From Octopus vulgaris (lineage: Eukaryota): 64,000 bases of DNA. Under the pieces are notes generated by a model. The model saw nothing but the letters and a program-made list of their open reading frames with translations. It was not told the origin of the DNA and made no database searches. The stretch lies in assembly GCA_951406725.2 (NCBI GenBank), contig OX597842.1, forward strand, positions 9,362,001 through 9,426,000, given 5' to 3'. Of this stretch, positions 60,288-64,000 are shown one piece after another. A program made the position numbers and the translations under genes. Position 1 is the stretch's first letter. Every line of letters starts with the position of its first letter.

Positions 60288-61660
60288 ATATGACAAGCTT
60301 CTTGCAGTTTCCGTCAACCAAATCCACTTACAAGGCTTTGGTTGGGCCGATACGGCAGAAGACACATGCCCAAGGTACCACGCAGTAGGACTGAACCCGG
60401 AACCACGTGGTTGAGAATAAGTAAAGAACATGGTTTTATTTAATAGATACAGGTGCAAATGAATACATGTCTAAAGCAGAGTATATTTAATCCTTATTAA
60501 TCCACTTTAAAAAGTAAAGAACAAAACTATGTTTAATACGCCGTAAGCAAATTGACCAACTTCGACACTTAGTACCGGATATTGCACAGTATTCTCGGAT
60601 TTCTGGAAATGCCGGATTTCTGGAAGCCGATAAGGTCTCTCTCTCTCTCAGTTTTCTTCTATCTATCTATCTATCTACCAACCTCTGTCTAACCCTCCGT
60701 CTCGTTCTTTCATTCTGTCACTGCCTCTAATACTTCCTCTCTCACTACATATCGTTCTTTCACCCTCTCACTCTCTCTTCCTGCCACTAATACTTCCTCT
60801 CTCACTAACACAACGTATCGTGCTGTCACCCTCTGACTCGCTCTTTCCCTCTATCTAACACACTCTCTCTCCCTAACATTCACAACGCTTCTACCTTCTA
60901 ACTACCTCCCCGTAACTCACACTCTTCCTCTCTCTTTCTCCCTATTGCTCCCCTACTCTGTCTATATATTCTACTCCGTCACTATCTCTTACTCTTTTAC
61001 TATCTTCTACGCTCTTATTCTTTCACTCATTAGTCTTATTCTCTCACTCACTATAGCTCTTTTACTCTCACTATCACATACGCCATCGCTTTCGCTTTTC
61101 TACTCCATCACCATCTCATACTTTTATTCACCCACTCACTCACTGCATCTCTTTCTCTCTTACTCCTTCATTCTTTTACTCTCTTACACTATCTCCTACT
61201 TACTATCTTACTATATCTTCCTCTTTGTCTCTCTCTCTCTCTCTCTCTCTCCTACTCCTTCACGCTTTTACGCTTTCAAACTATCTCCTATTCACTCACT
61301 ATTTACCTATCTGTCTGTCTCTTTCTCTCTCTCTCTCCCTCCTACTTCGTCACTCCTTTACTCTTTCAATCACTTGTACTCTCTCTCATACTATTCCCCC
61401 CTATCTATCTATCTGTCTCACACTCTCACTCCTACTCCGTCACTCCTGCACTTTCACAATCTCTTTTACTCTCATACCATTTCTCACTCGCTCACTCCCT
61501 CACTCACTATCTCCTGGTCTGTCTACCTCTATCTCTCCCCCTCACTCACTATCTCCTAGTCTGTCTACCTCCATCTCTCCCCCTCTCTCACTTCCTCTCG
61601 TTCCAAAACACTCCACATTTCGTTACAGCAACACTTTTCCAAACCAGACGTCTTCTAACC

Positions 61661-61818
61661 ATGGCTGTGATGCATCGTCTTCGGGAAATCAGCGGAGAGA
61701 TACTGAAGAAACTTCCCAGCAGTCGTGAAGATGCTATTGCCGTCTACGTACCGACTTTTGGTGCCATCAGCTACAGTGTCTTTGCCCTCAACATTATGGA
61801 ACACGCTAGATTTAAAAG
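61661..61818 (+). CDS. Probable first coding exon of an unidentified small membrane protein gene (MAVMHRLREISGEILKKLPSSREDAIAVYVPTFGAISYSVFALNIMEHARFK)
   Basis: ACCATGG Kozak context; complex non-repetitive sequence between CT-rich tracts; amphipathic N-terminus followed by a hydrophobic segment; candidate donor AAG|GTGCCT (weak) and candidate acceptor ttacag at 61623-61628. No later exon recognised in the window. Confidence 0.55.
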
Positions 61819-62544
61819 GTGCCTTTCATATTTAATTCACCCTCATCTGATCTTCCGTCTTCCCTCCTCTCTGTACAGCCCCCCTTTTGTCTCCCCTGTT
61901 TTTTCTCTCCCTCTCTATATATATCAATCTATCTTTCTATCTCATCCCTCTCTGTATTCTTCCTTCGTCTCCTCCGCTTTTCTGTCTTCTAATTCTTCTT
62001 GAACGTGCCTGTGATGTACTTAGACTTGTTTTAAGGTCACATTTCTGTGGCAAACACACACACACACACACACATACATATGCACATACACAAATATAGA
62101 GACAGACATACCTGCATGCATACACATATACAAACAATGCATACACATATACATACACATACGCAGACACGTACAATATATACATACATATATGTGGACG
62201 CATACACACACACACACTCTTTGTACTTTCACTTGTTTAAGGTCACATGTTCGAAGAACTCACACACAGGGCTATATACATACATACATTACCTATATAA
62301 ATAAATATATATATACCCAGCGGAGTTGATGACAGTACCATAGAAATAATTTACTAAAATCGAATATATATACATATATATATATACACTAAAGGGACTC
62401 CCTAAATCACACGTGCCGTCTCTTTCTATATATACCCCCTTTATTCAGTAACTCTTTATATCGTTGAATATCGTATAGAGGTACCCGGAGGTACCCTTAA
62501 TATATATACATGGCAATCTTTCGTCTCTAGTAGACCAGATCGCC

Positions 62545-62578
<34 letters not shown>

Positions 62579-62780
62579 CTTTCTCTTTTACTTGTTTCAC
62601 TTATTTGACTGTGGTCATGCTGGAGCACCGCCTTTGAGTGTGTGTATGTATATATATAGAGAGAGATAGAATGAAACAGTTCTAGTCCTGTAGAAGCTCC
62701 TTCTATAAAATAAATTAATTTACTCTGCTATGTATTGAGTACCTTATTTACTGTGGTTAACCCCGACTCAACCCGGGACC

Positions 62781-62826
<46 letters not shown>

Positions 62827-63173
62827 GATTGTAGCTTTTGGATTGTGTCCGTGTTGGGTCAAGCACTTCCAAGGGTATTTTCTATTTACATTAGCGACTC
62901 TACGTGACTTTCTTGCTTATAGGATGTTGAGCATGCTAGAAATAGCAGCTACGGATAGATGACATCTCTGAAATGAAGCTCTGCCGTCTGGGACCGGGAC
63001 ATTTTAGATTGGATTGTATAATGTGTTGCCTTGTGTTCGATGTGTTTTGGTAGTAGACGGGATGGTCACGGCTAGATTGATTTTGTAACTTTGATCATGG
63101 GTCTCTGCTAGATCAGGTCTGACCGGGAACTAAACCGCAAACGGTACCCATCAGATTACATGTATGTATATGC

Positions 63174-63210
<37 letters not shown>

Positions 63211-64000
63211 GTTTGTATATTTACAGTGCACATTATGTATACGTATATATAGAGTAAGACAGACAGGTGTTCCTATATATAGATATAAGGTGTATGTTAT
63301 GCATACATAGCGAGACACCTATACATAGATATGGTATATGTATATATAAGGGCACGGATGTGTGTGTATAGGTGTCCCTTTCGAACAGCGTCGGAAATTA
63401 TTTAGTGCGCCAAAAGCTGAAATATTTTCGGATATGCGAATGTCTTCAAAACATCTGAGATTATAATTCTTCCAAATATATACGTTAACTTTTTAAGACA
63501 TAAATCTGAAAATGAAGTAGGGAAGGGGATACAAAATTCCCCTTTTGCCATTAAATTTTTTGTTTCTTTTGCGAAATCATTAATCTACGACGTTTAAAAC
63601 AGACATTTAACCTGTAGACATTACGCGGTTTTGGCGCACTAGCTAATTACCGACCATTTTCTGTAGGAAGGTGTATGCATGCATGCATGTATGTATGTAT
63701 ATATATATACACACACATATATGTGTGTATTTATGTATATAGCTAGATAGAATGTGTCTATATGTGTGTGTGTGTGTATCTCTTTTACTCTTTTAATTGT
63801 TCCAGTCATTTGACTGTGGCCATGCTGGAGCACCGCCTTTTTAGTCGAACAAATCGACCCCAACACTTATTCTTTGTAAGCCTAGTACTTATTCTATCGG
63901 TCTCTTTTGCCGAACTGCTAAGTTACGGGGACGTAAACACACCAGCATCAGTTGTCAACCGATGTTGGTGGGGTGGGGGACAAACACACACACACACACA

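Overview
Repeat-rich animal genomic DNA. The SINE families and dense microsatellites are typical of Octopus (inference from recall). The main feature is a minus-strand IFT140 gene (IFT-A core subunit, WD40 + TPR). I traced 26 coding exons by hand from the ATG at 45301 to 812: all introns are GT-AG, phases are consistent, the frame is open for 3633 nt (1211 codons), and the gene continues off the left edge. A probable non-coding first exon ends at 49000, with RFX X-box motifs at 49010 and 49269. A probable first coding exon of a divergent plus-strand membrane-protein gene starts at 61661. Introns and intergenic DNA are filled with tRNA-derived SINEs, RTE/CR1/Penelope retroelement pieces, MITEs and satellites. 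The most notable observations are: (1) at least seven type I hammerhead ribozyme motifs with palindromic stem III, including two in the arms of a 160-bp inverted repeat just downstream of the IFT140 start exon; (2) a young RTE LINE with a C4HC3 PHD-type finger inserted inside its reverse transcriptase; (3) a 5S rRNA-SINE chimera inside a single target-site duplication. Almost all long ORFs in the supplied track are microsatellite artefacts. All family names come from motif recognition, not from database searches.
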